A stretch of 64,000 nucleotides of DNA from Bacteroidaceae bacterium (GTDB taxonomy: Bacteria > Cyanobacteriota > Vampirovibrionia > Gastranaerophilales > Gastranaerophilaceae), in NCBI GenBank assembly GCA_963635055.1, contig CAVHEM010000009.1, positions 9,757 through 73,756 on the forward strand. The letters are read 5' to 3'. The position numbers and the translations under genes were made by a program. Below, piece by piece: positions 42,324 to 53,726 of the stretch (position 1 is the first letter of the stretch; each line of letters begins with the position of its first letter). Under the pieces are notes generated by a model. That model did no database searches. It saw nothing but the letters and a program-made list of their open reading frames with translations, and had not been told where the DNA came from.

Positions 42324-44390
42324 ATGTTAAATGCAAAAAGAGAGAAAAAAGAAGTTATCGCATATCTTCACACCCACTGGGATAGAGAATGGTATCGTGA
42401 GTATGAAGTTTTTAGACTAAGACTTGTGAGAGTCATTGACAAAGTTTTGGAAATGCTTGAAAATAGAGAAATTCCGTCATTTTATTTTGATGGACAAGTT
42501 TCAGCATTGCAAGATTATTTAGAATTAAGACCGGAAAAAGAAGTTCTGGTAAAAATGTTGATAGCAGATAATAGGTTATTTATTGGACCATTTTACTGCT
42601 TGGTTGATGAATTTTTAACTGATGGTACATGCTTTAGAAAAAACCTCGAAATCGGTCTGCAAATTGCTCGAAATTATGGTTGTAAAGATTTTATCGCATA
42701 TCTTGCCGATACTTTTGGGCATAGTCAAAATATTCCGGAAATTTTAAAAGAGTATGGAATAGATAAAGCGGTAGTTTGGCGAGGTTGTGGAGATAAAATT
42801 CCTGCTAATTTTAAATTTGGCGGTATTAACACGGTAAATCTCGTACGTGGTTATTTTAACGATATTTTTTCCACAGATAAAACTATTGAAGAAAAAGCAG
42901 AATTTTTAAAACATAATTTGGATTTGATTGCGGAAAAATCCGGTAATACTTTGCTATTGCCGATTGGCGCCGATCATTTAGGTGTTCCGTCAGATATTAT
43001 GGAACAAATTGAAGCAGTAAATGAAATATTAGAAGATTATAAAATTACGGTTGGTTCGTTGTTTGATTATTTTGAAAAAGTTAAATTTAAAGACAATGTA
43101 AATACCGAATTACGTGACAACTCCAAAACGTTTACTTTGCAAGGAGTTTATTCATCACGAACAAAACTAAAAAGATTGAATACGGAATGTTCTTATAAAC
43201 TGGAACTTGCTGACAAACTTCAATACAATTTTGGAGCAAATTATGATACTGCAATAGATTATGCATATAAACTCTTGTTGCAAAATCAGGCACATGACAG
43301 CATTTGCGGTTGTTCAACAGACATGGTTCATGAAGAAAATATTGTAAGATTTAACAAAATTCTTCAAATTGCAGATACTATTATCAATGAAATTAGCATG
43401 ACTCAACCTGAAAATTTGTCTATGTCTTTCAAATATCCTGACAAATATAAAATTTTGGAAATTCAACGAACAAAAATTGAGGATAATGCTCAGATTATTG
43501 AAAAGAAAAAGGGATTTCCTCGTGAACTGTTGTATGATACAAGCAAAATTCCTGTAACAGAAGACTATACAACAATTTATACGATGTTAAAAGAATTCAA
43601 TCCTGACAAAAAACAACAAGATTTGATTATTAGCAGCACAAATTTATTCAACCTAAATATCAATTTGAGTGTTGAAAACGGAAAAATAAATATATACGAC
43701 AAAGCGAAGTGCTACACTAATTTTGTTGAGTTTGTAAGATGTAAAGATTACGGTGATAGTTACAACTTTGGACCGGTCAAAAATGATGTTGAAGAAATTG
43801 CTGAAATTAAATCATCAAAAGTACTTGAAGAAGGCCCGTTGCGTTCAACATTACGTATTATGACAAGTTTCTTTACTGTTGATATTTCGTTATATAAAAA
43901 ATCTAAACTTCTAAGATTTAAAATAAAATGGTTGAATTTGTCATCTAACAAGCGTTGGCAAGTTAGATTTAACTTTCCGAACAAGGTAAAAGAAGTTAAA
44001 TCAGAAGACATGAACCTGCTTATAACCAGAAAATTTGATCCTGATTATGAGATTAGAGAGAATTTGCCAACTGAAAAAGGAATAGAAGCAAAAACAAATA
44101 CTGCACCATTCCAACGTTTTGTTTGGGCAAACGGCTTAGGAATAGTGACAAAAGGAATAAATGAATATGAAGTCAAAGACAATCATTTAGCGTTGACTTT
44201 GCTCAGAAGCACCGGAATTATATCTAACCCTAAAAATCCGGCAAGAACAACTCCTGCAGGACCGCCTATTGAGGTTCCAGGGTTGCAGCAACTTGGAGAA
44301 AATGAAGTGGAATTTGCGATAGGATTTATTCCAGTAAATGATTGGGCGAACTACGTTGAGGAAATTTATCCGCAAACAATTTTGTTTTAA
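42324..44390 (+). CDS. Glycoside hydrolase family 38-like protein (alpha-mannosidase / mannosylglycerate hydrolase-like)
   Basis: N-terminal YLHTHWDREWYREYEVFR and QAHDSICGCS motifs, typical of bacterial GH38. Confidence 0.75.
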   Translation: MLNAKREKKEVIAYLHTHWDREWYREYEVFRLRLVRVIDKVLEMLENREIPSFYFDGQVSALQDYLELRPEKEVLVKMLIADNRLFIGPFYCLVDEFLTDGTCFRKNLEIGLQIARNYGCKDFIAYLADTFGHSQNIPEILKEYGIDKAVVWRGCGDKIPANFKFGGINTVNLVRGYFNDIFSTDKTIEEKAEFLKHNLDLIAEKSGNTLLLPIGADHLGVPSDIMEQIEAVNEILEDYKITVGSLFDYFEKVKFKDNVNTELRDNSKTFTLQGVYSSRTKLKRLNTECSYKLELADKLQYNFGANYDTAIDYAYKLLLQNQAHDSICGCSTDMVHEENIVRFNKILQIADTIINEISMTQPENLSMSFKYPDKYKILEIQRTKIEDNAQIIEKKKGFPRELLYDTSKIPVTEDYTTIYTMLKEFNPDKKQQDLIISSTNLFNLNINLSVENGKINIYDKAKCYTNFVEFVRCKDYGDSYNFGPVKNDVEEIAEIKSSKVLEEGPLRSTLRIMTSFFTVDISLYKKSKLLRFKIKWLNLSSNKRWQVRFNFPNKVKEVKSEDMNLLITRKFDPDYEIRENLPTEKGIEAKTNTAPFQRFVWANGLGIVTKGINEYEVKDNHLALTLLRSTGIISNPKNPARTTPAGPPIEVPGLQQLGENEVEFAIGFIPVNDWANYVEEIYPQTILF

Positions 44391-44419
44391 AGTCTAATTT
44401 TTATAACTATAAATAAAAT

Positions 44420-44447
44420 AAAAAACGGTCTAAATGACCGTTTTATT
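44420..44447 (+). terminator. Rho-independent terminator after the GH38 gene
   Basis: ACGGTC-TAAAT-GACCGT stem-loop followed by TTTTATTT. Confidence 0.65.
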
Positions 44448-44490
44448 TGTTTCCTATCCTTTTTCCTTAAATTTTTCTTTCCTGTTTTTC

Positions 44491-44739
44491 CTATTGATTT
44501 ACAACGACTTTTGCTACAAAGTTTATAGCATCAAAGAATGAATCTTTTACAAACTCTTTTGCTAATACGGTCATTGGTCTGTTTTCAATACAATCAAACA
44601 CGTAGTAAATAGGATCTTGTGAGTTGTTAAATCTCATTCTTCTGTCTTTATTTCTCAAATAATTTATTTCTGTTGGTTGACCTTTGCGAGATCTTCTTTT
44701 TGTTATTGAACCAAATGCTTGTCCGGAAGTTGAAATCAT
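44491..44739 (-). CDS. Hypothetical basic protein (82 aa)
   Basis: ORF track with a purine-rich SD region. No motif. Confidence 0.4.
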   Translation of the reverse strand: MISTSGQAFGSITKRRSRKGQPTEINYLRNKDRRMRFNNSQDPIYYVFDCIENRPMTVLAKEFVKDSFFDAINFVAKVVVNQ

Positions 44740-44840
44740 CTTTTTCTCTCTCTTATTCTTTATATCTTACATATATATAAAGTATTTAAGTTCGAAAAAA
44801 TTGCCTTTTTGATGTTATTTTTGTAAACAAATATTAAGCA

Positions 44841-46250
44841 TTATTTTTCAAGTTCAATCATTTCGTCATCGTCTTGAATATTTTTACCAATAGATTTTTC
44901 AAGTTCGGCACGAGCAGAATTGTATTCATATAATGCCGTATAATAGGTTAATTGCGCTTGTTCGTAAGTATTTTCAGCATCTTTCAATTCTGTTGGAGAT
45001 GCCTCACCAACACGGTAACGACCATAAGATAACTCGTAGTTTTCTCGAGATTGTTTAACGTTTAAAATTGCTACAGGAAGTTGATTTCGCTTTTCTTCAA
45101 GTTTCAAATACGCATTTTGAATTTCCAAATATATACTGTTTTGGGTATTTCGAGCATTTGCAAGTTCTCTATCGTACAAATATTTTGCTTCTTTAATTTC
45201 ATTTCTGATAAGCATTGCGTTAATTGTCGGAAAAGTCAAATATCCGCCAACATTAAAACCGTAATTGGAATTCCAAGACTTACCACCTCGTTGATATTGA
45301 CCTTCAAAACTCAAGGTTGGAAAGAACGATTTTTTTGTCAATTTGATAGTTTGATTAACTCCTTCCACTTTAATTTCTGCAAGTTTCAATTCCGGACGAG
45401 AATCACGAGCCGTATCAATTGCCTGCTCAAATGACATATTAACCGGTTTATACTGTAATTTATCTACAATGTCATATCTTTCAATATAAGGTACACCCAT
45501 TACATTATTCAACTTTGCAATAGCCAAATTAACCGCATTTTCAGCCTGAATAAGTTTTAATTTTGCATTACTCAAATTTGTTTCTGCGATTGTGACATCA
45601 ACTTTCGGATTTTCTCCAGTCAAATAAAACGCTTTGGCCTGATTGTAAAACAATTGGTACTTATCAACGGTATCTTGTGCTACACGACGATTTTCATAAG
45701 CATACAAAACATTATAGTAAGCATCTTTAGTTTGGTAAATTACATCATTTACAACTGCTTCAAAAGTTTTTTTGTAACCCTCATAATCTAATTTTCTGAT
45801 TGTTGCCTGATTTTGAGTTACCCCAAAGTCATAGAGCATTTCTTGCAGTGAAATCTGCCCAAGCAAATAGTAATTAAATTCCAAACTTTGCCCTAATGCA
45901 TCAGACAATTGCAATTGTCTTAAACGAGTATAACCGGTTTGCCACGATATTGTTGGGAAAAAGTTTGACCAAACTTGTTTAATTCTGGCATCTGATGCCA
46001 AAATATCTTGAAATGCAGCGTTAATTTGCGGATTATTACCAAGTGCAAGTTTCAAACAGTTATCAAGAGTCATATCAATATTTTTTTCAATAGAGCCAGA
46101 TATGACATAGTTTGGATTAACTTTTACCTCAGGCAAAACTTGTTCACCTTGCGGATATTCGTCCGTATTGATATCATTGCCCAAACTTTTAGCCAAGGTT
46201 ACGGGCGAAATCATTATTATTATAAAAATTATGAATAATTTTTTAAGCAT
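44841..46250 (-). CDS. TolC-family outer membrane efflux protein
   Basis: Signal peptide and two tandem OEP repeats with characteristic helical heptads. Overlaps the RND pump gene stop. Confidence 0.85.
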   Translation of the reverse strand: MLKKLFIIFIIIMISPVTLAKSLGNDINTDEYPQGEQVLPEVKVNPNYVISGSIEKNIDMTLDNCLKLALGNNPQINAAFQDILASDARIKQVWSNFFPTISWQTGYTRLRQLQLSDALGQSLEFNYYLLGQISLQEMLYDFGVTQNQATIRKLDYEGYKKTFEAVVNDVIYQTKDAYYNVLYAYENRRVAQDTVDKYQLFYNQAKAFYLTGENPKVDVTIAETNLSNAKLKLIQAENAVNLAIAKLNNVMGVPYIERYDIVDKLQYKPVNMSFEQAIDTARDSRPELKLAEIKVEGVNQTIKLTKKSFFPTLSFEGQYQRGGKSWNSNYGFNVGGYLTFPTINAMLIRNEIKEAKYLYDRELANARNTQNSIYLEIQNAYLKLEEKRNQLPVAILNVKQSRENYELSYGRYRVGEASPTELKDAENTYEQAQLTYYTALYEYNSARAELEKSIGKNIQDDDEMIELEK

Positions 46251-49200
46251 CTTTTTTACTTTCTTTGATTTTTGAAACTTTATTTGACATGTAAATTTTA
46301 AATTCCTCTACCATAACGTAAAATGCCGGAACTAGGAATGTACCAATAAATGCAACCGCCATCATACCGCCAAATACTGTCATACCAACAGAGTGACGAG
46401 ATGCAGCCCCTGCACCTTGCGCAAATACAAGAGGTAACAAACCTAAAATAAACGCAATATTTGTCATCATTACCGCTCTGAAACGTAATTTTGCAGCCTG
46501 CATTGCCGCTTCTCGTATCGGCATACCGCTTTCATGAGCATCTTTAGCAAATTCAACAATAAGAATTGCCTGTTTTGTACTCAAACCGATTAACATAACC
46601 AAACCAATTTGAGAATACAAGTCCATTGAATACCCTGCAACATATTGGAAAACCAGCGCTCCGACAAGAGATACAGGAGTAACCAAAAGTACACTTATTG
46701 GCAAGAACCAACTTTCATACAATCCGACCAAGAACAAGAAAATAAATACCAAAGACATTACCAAAATCGGTAAAATTTGTCCGCTTGATTGTTTTTCTTG
46801 TAAAGAAGAACCTGACCATGAGTAGCCCATATTATCCGGCAAAACTTCATCAGAAAGTTTTTCCATCATCTCCATTGCCTTACCGGAACTTACACCAGAA
46901 CGTGCACTTCCGTTAATTGTAATTGCTGGGTACATGTTAAATCTTGTTCTTGTATATGGTCCGACAATGTTAGAAATTTTTACAACAGACATCAACGGTA
47001 CCATTTTACCAAAGTTATTTTTTACATAAATTTTATTCAAGTCAGAGATTTTTTCTCTATATGGTGCATCTGCTTGAACATAAACACGGTAAACACGACC
47101 GTATTTGTTAAAGTCATTAACATAAGTTTTGGCAAAATATGCCGCAATTGCATTATAAATTTCAGTAACTTCAACATTCTGCGCCATTGCTTTATCCACA
47201 TCAACATCAATCAACAATTGAGGCAAATTTGCTGTGTAAGATGAATAAATCATAGTAAAATCAGGATTTTGTCTTGCTTTATTCATCAAATTTTGTGCTT
47301 GTTGATACATTTCACCGGCACTTCTATCACCTTTATCAAGTAATTGATATTCAAAACCGCCAAACATACCTAAACCTGTAATAGCAGGTGGGGAGAAGGT
47401 CGCTATCGTAGCCCCAGGGAAATGCGCAAATTGAGCGTTAATGTTTCCGGTTATACCATCTATAGATTCTTCTTTTGACTTTCTTTGTGACCACGGCTTT
47501 AAGTGAGATACGATAAATGCCGTATTTTCACCGTCAAAACCAATCAATGAAATAGTATCAGCAACCCCAGGGAGTTTTTTCAATTTATTTTCAACGTCCT
47601 TTGCAACACTATCTGTTCTTGACGCTGATGAACCTTCCGGCAACTGAATTTGAGTAAACAATGCACCTCTGTCTTCTGCCGGCAAAAATCCTTTTGGAAT
47701 TAAATAGAACATAAAACCTGATAATACTGTAATTCCAAGAATTACTCCAAGTGTCAATTTCCACGAGTTAATAAAGGTTTTTGTTCCTTCAATATATTTA
47801 TCACGAACCCCGTTAAACCATTCATCAAAAACTTGAATAAACTTAAAGTCCGCTTTTTGACTATCTTTTTTCAATATCATAGAACAAAGTGCAGGTGCTA
47901 AAGTCAATGCAACCATTGTTGACAAACCGATTGATGAGGCAATACATAGTGCGAATTGTCTGAACATACGACCTGTAATCCCGCCCATAAACGATACTGG
48001 AACAAATACTGCCATCAATACTAACGATGTTGCAACAACGGCACCAAATACCTCTTTCATTGTGACTTCTGTCGCTTCTTTCGGGTCAAGTCCGTCTTGA
48101 ATGTGTCTTTGAGTATTTTCCAATACAACAATCGCATCATCTACAACCAGCCCAACAGCAAGTACCAAGCCGAATAAAATCAACAAGTTTATCGAAAATC
48201 CAAATAAGTTCATGAAAATAAATACACCGATTAAAGAAACCGGAATTGCAGCAAAAGGAATAAATGCCGCTCTTGCAGTACCTAAAAACATGTAAGTTAC
48301 AATTGATACCAATAATACGGCTAGTGCAACTGCCGTTACAACTTCGTGAATAGATTCTCGTACAAATTCCGTTTCATCGTGTTGAACTTTGTATGTAATA
48401 TCTTTTGGGAAAGTTTTGCTCAATTCAGCCAATTTCTTTTGAATTTTATTTGACAATTGAATAGCATTTGCTTCGGGCATTTGACTGACTGTAACAATTG
48501 CAGAATTTTTACCGCTTATACGTGAAAAATAGGAGTAACTTTCTGCCCCTAAATCAACTTTTGCAACATCTTTCAGCTTAATTTGCGCACCGTTTGGCAA
48601 TGATTTTATAATTATATCTTCAAACTCTTCGGCTGATTTCAAACGTCCTTTGGTACGCATAGTGAGTTTGATTAACTGTTTGTTTTTCATAGGTTCAACA
48701 CCCAAATCACCGGCAGGTGTTTGAATATTTTGAGCCTGAATTGCATTAGTTACATCAGTTGTGGAAAGCCCATAATTTGCCATTTTGTCAGCATCAAGCC
48801 ATATACGCATTGCATAAGATGATGAACCGAATACACTAACTGTACCGACGCCTTTAATACGTGCGATTTCATCTTTAATAAAGATATCTGCATAATTTGC
48901 AATAAATAAGTTATCATAGGAATTATGCGGAGAATTTACAGAAATCATCAACAACCCCGGACCACCGGTAGTTTTACGTACGGACAAACCGTATCGCCGC
49001 ACTTCTTCCGGCAAACGAGGGGTTACAAGTTGTAACTGGTTCTGAACGTTTACTACTGCCATATCCGGATCCGTTCCGATATCAAAATATAAAGTCAATT
49101 TATATGAACCGTTTTGAGAGGTTGACGACATATATATCATATTATCAACACCGTTCAATTGAGCCTCAACCGGTGCCGCAATAGTAGATTCAATAACGTC

Positions 49201-49377
49201 AGAACTTGCACCTGCGTAAGTTGCCTGAACAACAACCTGCGGTGGTGTAATTGAAGGATATTCCTCAAGAGGCAGCGTTTTTATCATCAAAATTCCGGCA
49301 AGTAAAATTGCCAGCGATATTACTATCGCCAATTTTGGACGTTTTATAAACAAATTACCTTTATTTTCTGTTGACAT
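46243..49377 (-). CDS. RND multidrug efflux transporter (AcrB/HAE1 family)
   Basis: 1044 aa with 12 TM segments and two large periplasmic loops. Has the VVDDAIVVLEN motif. Confidence 0.95.
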   Translation of the reverse strand: MSTENKGNLFIKRPKLAIVISLAILLAGILMIKTLPLEEYPSITPPQVVVQATYAGASSDVIESTIAAPVEAQLNGVDNMIYMSSTSQNGSYKLTLYFDIGTDPDMAVVNVQNQLQLVTPRLPEEVRRYGLSVRKTTGGPGLLMISVNSPHNSYDNLFIANYADIFIKDEIARIKGVGTVSVFGSSSYAMRIWLDADKMANYGLSTTDVTNAIQAQNIQTPAGDLGVEPMKNKQLIKLTMRTKGRLKSAEEFEDIIIKSLPNGAQIKLKDVAKVDLGAESYSYFSRISGKNSAIVTVSQMPEANAIQLSNKIQKKLAELSKTFPKDITYKVQHDETEFVRESIHEVVTAVALAVLLVSIVTYMFLGTARAAFIPFAAIPVSLIGVFIFMNLFGFSINLLILFGLVLAVGLVVDDAIVVLENTQRHIQDGLDPKEATEVTMKEVFGAVVATSLVLMAVFVPVSFMGGITGRMFRQFALCIASSIGLSTMVALTLAPALCSMILKKDSQKADFKFIQVFDEWFNGVRDKYIEGTKTFINSWKLTLGVILGITVLSGFMFYLIPKGFLPAEDRGALFTQIQLPEGSSASRTDSVAKDVENKLKKLPGVADTISLIGFDGENTAFIVSHLKPWSQRKSKEESIDGITGNINAQFAHFPGATIATFSPPAITGLGMFGGFEYQLLDKGDRSAGEMYQQAQNLMNKARQNPDFTMIYSSYTANLPQLLIDVDVDKAMAQNVEVTEIYNAIAAYFAKTYVNDFNKYGRVYRVYVQADAPYREKISDLNKIYVKNNFGKMVPLMSVVKISNIVGPYTRTRFNMYPAITINGSARSGVSSGKAMEMMEKLSDEVLPDNMGYSWSGSSLQEKQSSGQILPILVMSLVFIFLFLVGLYESWFLPISVLLVTPVSLVGALVFQYVAGYSMDLYSQIGLVMLIGLSTKQAILIVEFAKDAHESGMPIREAAMQAAKLRFRAVMMTNIAFILGLLPLVFAQGAGAASRHSVGMTVFGGMMAVAFIGTFLVPAFYVMVEEFKIYMSNKVSKIKESKKDA

Positions 49378-49399
49378 TATTGTTACCCTAATTTATATA

Positions 49400-50575
49400 T
49401 TATTTTTTCTTTGATTTTTTCTTATTTGAATTTTGGACAATTGATTTGTTTAGTTTTGCCATTTCTTCTTTTGAAACGATTTTAACAGGTGTTCCCGGAA
49501 TAACTTTCAGAATTCCTTCTGTAATAATAGTATCGCCTGCTTTTAATCCGTCTTTTACAATCCAGTTTTTACCTGATTGACCTTGAACTTTTATATAAGT
49601 TAATTGCGGTAATCCTTTATCATCGATTTTATAAACATATTTACCTTCTTGGTTTTCTTGAACAGCCACAACAGGCACTACAGGAACTTTAACAGGATTG
49701 TTTGCATAAAGTTTTACATTTACAAATTCGCCGTGTAAAAGTCTGTTTTTAGGATTTTGGAAAGTTGCACGCATTGTAACAGTACCGGTTGAATCATCAA
49801 CTTTGTTGTCCAAAAAGTCTTGAACACCGTCTAATTCATATTTTTCCCCATTTTGAAAATACAATTCAACCTTACGTTTTTGACTTGCATCAGTATCTGA
49901 TTTTGTGAGTGCTATATAATCGTTTGATTGCATCGGAAAAGTTACATATATCGGATTCGTACTATTAATAGTCGTCAATGAACCAGATGTAGGAGAAACA
50001 TAGTTTCCTACGGTCACATCAATGATACCAATTCGTCCATCAACCGGTGCTTTTACGGTTGTATAACCTAAATTTCTGTTTGAATCGCTGTATGTTGATT
50101 GTGCAGCTTTCAATTGCGCCTTCAAAGCGTTTCTGTTTGCCAATATTTCATCATAACGAGATTTTGCAATATAATCTTTTGCTACAAGTTCTTGGGCCCT
50201 TGCTAGTTGTTTATCAGCATAATCAAGTTGTGCTTGAATATTTTGAACATTTGCACCGGCAACACTTGATGCATTTTGATACTCTGCAGGTTCTATCAAA
50301 AACAAAGTTTGACCGGCTTTTACATAGTCACCTTCTTTAAAGTAACTTTTTTGCAAATAACCGGAAATTCTGGCAAGTACACTTACTTGATATTTTGAAA
50401 CGATACGAGCAGGCGCTTCAAAACTCGGGACAACTTCACCTTCTGTGATTTTATCGACTACAACTTCCGGAGCCTGCCTTACTCGTCCTTTGCTTGAAAA
50501 CATTGCGGAATAGCCAAATCTTAAACCAATTGCCGCAAATATAATCAATGTTATTATTATAATTTTCGACTTCAT
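49400..50575 (-). CDS. RND efflux periplasmic adaptor (membrane fusion protein, AcrA-like)
   Basis: N-terminal anchor, coiled-coil hairpin and beta-barrel segments. Start set at ATG 50575, which has a GGGAG SD. Confidence 0.85.
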   Translation of the reverse strand: MKSKIIIITLIIFAAIGLRFGYSAMFSSKGRVRQAPEVVVDKITEGEVVPSFEAPARIVSKYQVSVLARISGYLQKSYFKEGDYVKAGQTLFLIEPAEYQNASSVAGANVQNIQAQLDYADKQLARAQELVAKDYIAKSRYDEILANRNALKAQLKAAQSTYSDSNRNLGYTTVKAPVDGRIGIIDVTVGNYVSPTSGSLTTINSTNPIYVTFPMQSNDYIALTKSDTDASQKRKVELYFQNGEKYELDGVQDFLDNKVDDSTGTVTMRATFQNPKNRLLHGEFVNVKLYANNPVKVPVVPVVAVQENQEGKYVYKIDDKGLPQLTYIKVQGQSGKNWIVKDGLKAGDTIITEGILKVIPGTPVKIVSKEEMAKLNKSIVQNSNKKKSKKK

Positions 50576-50660
50576 TATATATCTCCCTATCAAAATTTTA
50601 GAGGTAAATCCTAATCAACGTGTATATTAAGTTTAATATAAATGTACTTTTGGTGTCAAA

Positions 50661-51245
50661 TTAACCAAGATGATTTTTTATGCAAACAAGCATCTTATTC
50701 AAAGCAACACTCCTATGTGATATAGAATTTTTCTTTTCTTCTGACATTTCAGCAATTGTAATATTATATCCATCTGGTACGAAAATCGGGTCATAACCAA
50801 ATCCATTAGTACCGGATTGAGTCATTGCAATATTCCCATGACACTCTCCTACTTCTTGGTTTAATACATTACCATCGCAATCAACCAAAGTCATAGCACA
50901 AACAAATTTTGCTTTTCTATTAGTCACATTATTAAGATTTCCCAACAGTTTATCTATTCTTTCTTGTGGAGTTGGTGCATACCTTGCAGAATAAAGCCCT
51001 GGAGCCCCATCTAACGCTTCTACACACAAACCAGAATCATCTGCCAATGAAATTTGATTTGATAATCTTGCAGCCTCTTTTGCTTTTATTGCCGAATTTT
51101 CTAAAAAATCTTTACCGTTTTCTATAGGGTCAAAACCCTCTGGCGGTAAAATAAACTCTACACCGGAACCCTTTGAAATTTCGTTAATTTCGTGAACCTT
51201 GTGCGGATTACCTGTCGCAAAAACAATTTTTATATTACTTTCCAT
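50661..51245 (-). CDS. rdgB: Non-canonical purine NTP pyrophosphatase (RdgB/HAM1 family)
   Basis: IVFATGNPHKVHEI, SLADDSGLCVEALDGAPGLYSARY and GFGYDPIF motifs. Confidence 0.9.
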   Translation of the reverse strand: MESNIKIVFATGNPHKVHEINEISKGSGVEFILPPEGFDPIENGKDFLENSAIKAKEAARLSNQISLADDSGLCVEALDGAPGLYSARYAPTPQERIDKLLGNLNNVTNRKAKFVCAMTLVDCDGNVLNQEVGECHGNIAMTQSGTNGFGYDPIFVPDGYNITIAEMSEEKKNSISHRSVALNKMLVCIKNHLG

Positions 51246-51951
51246 ACCTACGTTGCCTCAACTTAAATTCTTCAATACAGTCAGCCAATAAATTCTTATC
51301 AAAATCCGGCCAATATTTTGGAGTAATAAGGATTTCTGAATAAGCAATTTGCCATAACAAATAGTTTGAAATTCTCTGTTCTCCACCTGTTCGGATTAGC
51401 AAATCAGGATCAGGGACACCTTTTGTATACAAATACTCAGAAATCAAATCTTGAGTAATTTCTTCCTCTTTAACTCCGTTATGGACAATTTGTTTCACTG
51501 CATTTGTAATTTCATCACGAGAACCGTAATTCAATGCTATTTGCAAAATCACACCAGTATTATCTTGTGTAGTTTTCACCGCATTATCAAGTACTTTTTG
51601 AAGTTTATCGGACAATTTTGTCAAATCCCCGATAAATCTAATTTGAACATTTTCTTTATGCATTTCTGCAAGTTCATTAGTAAGCGTTACGGCGACCAAA
51701 TCCATCAAAAAATCAACTTCTTCCTGCTTACGTTTCCAATTTTCAGTCGAAAAAGCATAAACAGTTAAATATTTAATTCCGAAATCATTGCACGCACGCA
51801 AAGTCGTTTTTAACGCTTCAACACCTTTTTTATGCCCAAATGCTGATGGTAAGTTTTTCTCCTTTGCCCAACGTCTGTTACCGTCCATAATTATTGCAAT
51901 ATGGCGCAAGTTTGTTTCTTCTACAATATTTTTAATCTTTAAATCTGTCAT
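51235..51951 (-). CDS. uppS: Isoprenyl transferase (undecaprenyl diphosphate synthase family)
   Basis: [23 protein letters not shown] and [15 protein letters not shown] motifs. Confidence 0.9.
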   Translation of the reverse strand: MTDLKIKNIVEETNLRHIAIIMDGNRRWAKEKNLPSAFGHKKGVEALKTTLRACNDFGIKYLTVYAFSTENWKRKQEEVDFLMDLVAVTLTNELAEMHKENVQIRFIGDLTKLSDKLQKVLDNAVKTTQDNTGVILQIALNYGSRDEITNAVKQIVHNGVKEEEITQDLISEYLYTKGVPDPDLLIRTGGEQRISNYLLWQIAYSEILITPKYWPDFDKNLLADCIEEFKLRQRRYGK

Positions 51952-53603
51952 ACAATCGCTCCATGTGAGGCATCTTGAACATTCTTTGCATATTTTGCCA
52001 AGTACCCCGATTTACATTTGAGTTCAAACGGTTTCAATTCTGCCCTTCTTTTTTCCAATTCTTCATCAGAAACTAAAAGATTTAATGTTTGTTTGTTGAT
52101 ATTTATTTCTATTTTGTCACCGTCTTTAACAAGTGCAATAACCCCGCCATTTGCAGCTTCCGGTACAACGTGACCTATACAAATTCCACGAGTTGCTCCG
52201 GAAAATCTACCATCTGTTATCAATGCACATTTTTTACCTAATCCTTTGCCTACCAAAAGTGATGTAGGAGCAAGCATTTCTCTCATTCCGGGACCACCTT
52301 TTGGACCTTCGTAACGAATAACGATAACGTCACCTTCTTTTATCAAATCATTTTCTAAAGCATACATAGCATCTTCTTCGCTATCAAAAGTTCTAGCAAC
52401 TCCAGAAAACTCGTAGCAATCAGAATCAACACCAGACGTTTTTATTACACAACCGCCTTGTGCCAAATTTCCATACAAAACACTCAAACCTGCTTTGGTA
52501 TATTTTGAATCTTTATAATAAGGAATAATTGAAGTATCAATTTGAGCATTTTTTGCTATTTCTAAAACAGAATAACCTGACAAAGTTTGAGTATCTGCTA
52601 ACAAATTTGCAGAAGCAAGAGATTTTTCAACCGCCGGAACTCCACCGGCATAGTGGAAATCTGCCATTGTCATTGTTGAAGACGGATTTATTTTTACAAT
52701 TTGATGAACATATTTACTAATTTCATCAAAATCATTCAAAGTTATGTCGATTCCACCGGCATTCGCAATTGCAAGAGTATGCAAAAAGGTATTTGTCGAG
52801 CCGCCTAATGCTAAATCCGCAGTAATCATGTTTCTTAAACTGTCTTTTGTAATAATTTGTGATGGAGTAATATTTTCTTTAACGAGTTCAACTATTCTCA
52901 TACCGGAATCAAATGCAATACGTCTTTTTTGAGAAGAAACGGCAGAAGATGAGGCACAATAAGGTAAACTCATACCAATAAGCTCAGTTAAACATGCCAT
53001 TGTGTTTGCGGTGTACATACCTTGACATGAACCTGCTGACGGGCATGATGCCTCTTCTAGCGCTAGTAATTCTTCTTCTGTAATATCACCCTTACGATAT
53101 TGACCAACGGCTTCAAATGAGCCTGTTACCATTGTTAATTTGTGGTGTCCTCGACATTCTCCATCAAGCATAGGACCTGCGGTAACAATTATTGCAGGAA
53201 TGTTTAATCGTAAAGCCGCAATCAACATTCCTGGTGTAATTTTGTCGCAATTGGAAAGTAAGACCAAACCATCTAATTGATGTCCTTCGGCTACGGCTTC
53301 CACGCAATCTGCAATCAAATCACGAGAAGGCAAAGAATATCTCATTCCGCTATGTCCCATTGCAATTCCATCGCAAATGGCAGGAACGCCAAAAATAAAT
53401 GCCTGTCCGCCACCGGAATGAACGCCTTTTTCAATTTGTCGTTCCAAATCTCGCATGCCGATGTGTCCGGGAACTAAATCAGAAAAAGAACTTGCAATTC
53501 CGATAAACGGAGCCTTCATATTCTTTTTACTAACACCTGTAGCCATAAGCAAACCTCTGTGAGGTGTTCTTGCTAAACCATTTTTTATATTATCACTACG
53601 CAT
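51948..53603 (-). CDS. ilvD: Dihydroxy-acid dehydratase
   Basis: [26 protein letters not shown] and [12 protein letters not shown] motifs. Confidence 0.95.
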   Translation of the reverse strand: MRSDNIKNGLARTPHRGLLMATGVSKKNMKAPFIGIASSFSDLVPGHIGMRDLERQIEKGVHSGGGQAFIFGVPAICDGIAMGHSGMRYSLPSRDLIADCVEAVAEGHQLDGLVLLSNCDKITPGMLIAALRLNIPAIIVTAGPMLDGECRGHHKLTMVTGSFEAVGQYRKGDITEEELLALEEASCPSAGSCQGMYTANTMACLTELIGMSLPYCASSSAVSSQKRRIAFDSGMRIVELVKENITPSQIITKDSLRNMITADLALGGSTNTFLHTLAIANAGGIDITLNDFDEISKYVHQIVKINPSSTMTMADFHYAGGVPAVEKSLASANLLADTQTLSGYSVLEIAKNAQIDTSIIPYYKDSKYTKAGLSVLYGNLAQGGCVIKTSGVDSDCYEFSGVARTFDSEEDAMYALENDLIKEGDVIVIRYEGPKGGPGMREMLAPTSLLVGKGLGKKCALITDGRFSGATRGICIGHVVPEAANGGVIALVKDGDKIEININKQTLNLLVSDEELEKRRAELKPFELKCKSGYLAKYAKNVQDASHGAIV

Positions 53604-53666
53604 AAATACACCAATCCCTTCTTTCTAGTTTAATTATATATCAAAAGAGAAATTTATGTTTTATGT

Positions 53667-53701
53667 AAAAAAAACACCGACATAAATTTGTCGGTGTTTT
53701 T
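53667..53701. terminator. Bidirectional hairpin terminator between giant gene 2 and ilvD
   Basis: ACACCGAC / GTCGGTGT stem flanked by an A-run and a T-run. Confidence 0.7.
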
Positions 53702-53726
53702 AGTATTTATTTGGATTTTCTATTTT

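Noticed and set aside
51235-53603. Overlapping ilvD-uppS-rdgB gene chain as an unusual functional operon
   Set aside because: Overlaps of 4 and 11 nt indicate co-transcription. But the mixture of unrelated housekeeping functions is common in compact genomes, and nothing in the sequence suggests a novel function.
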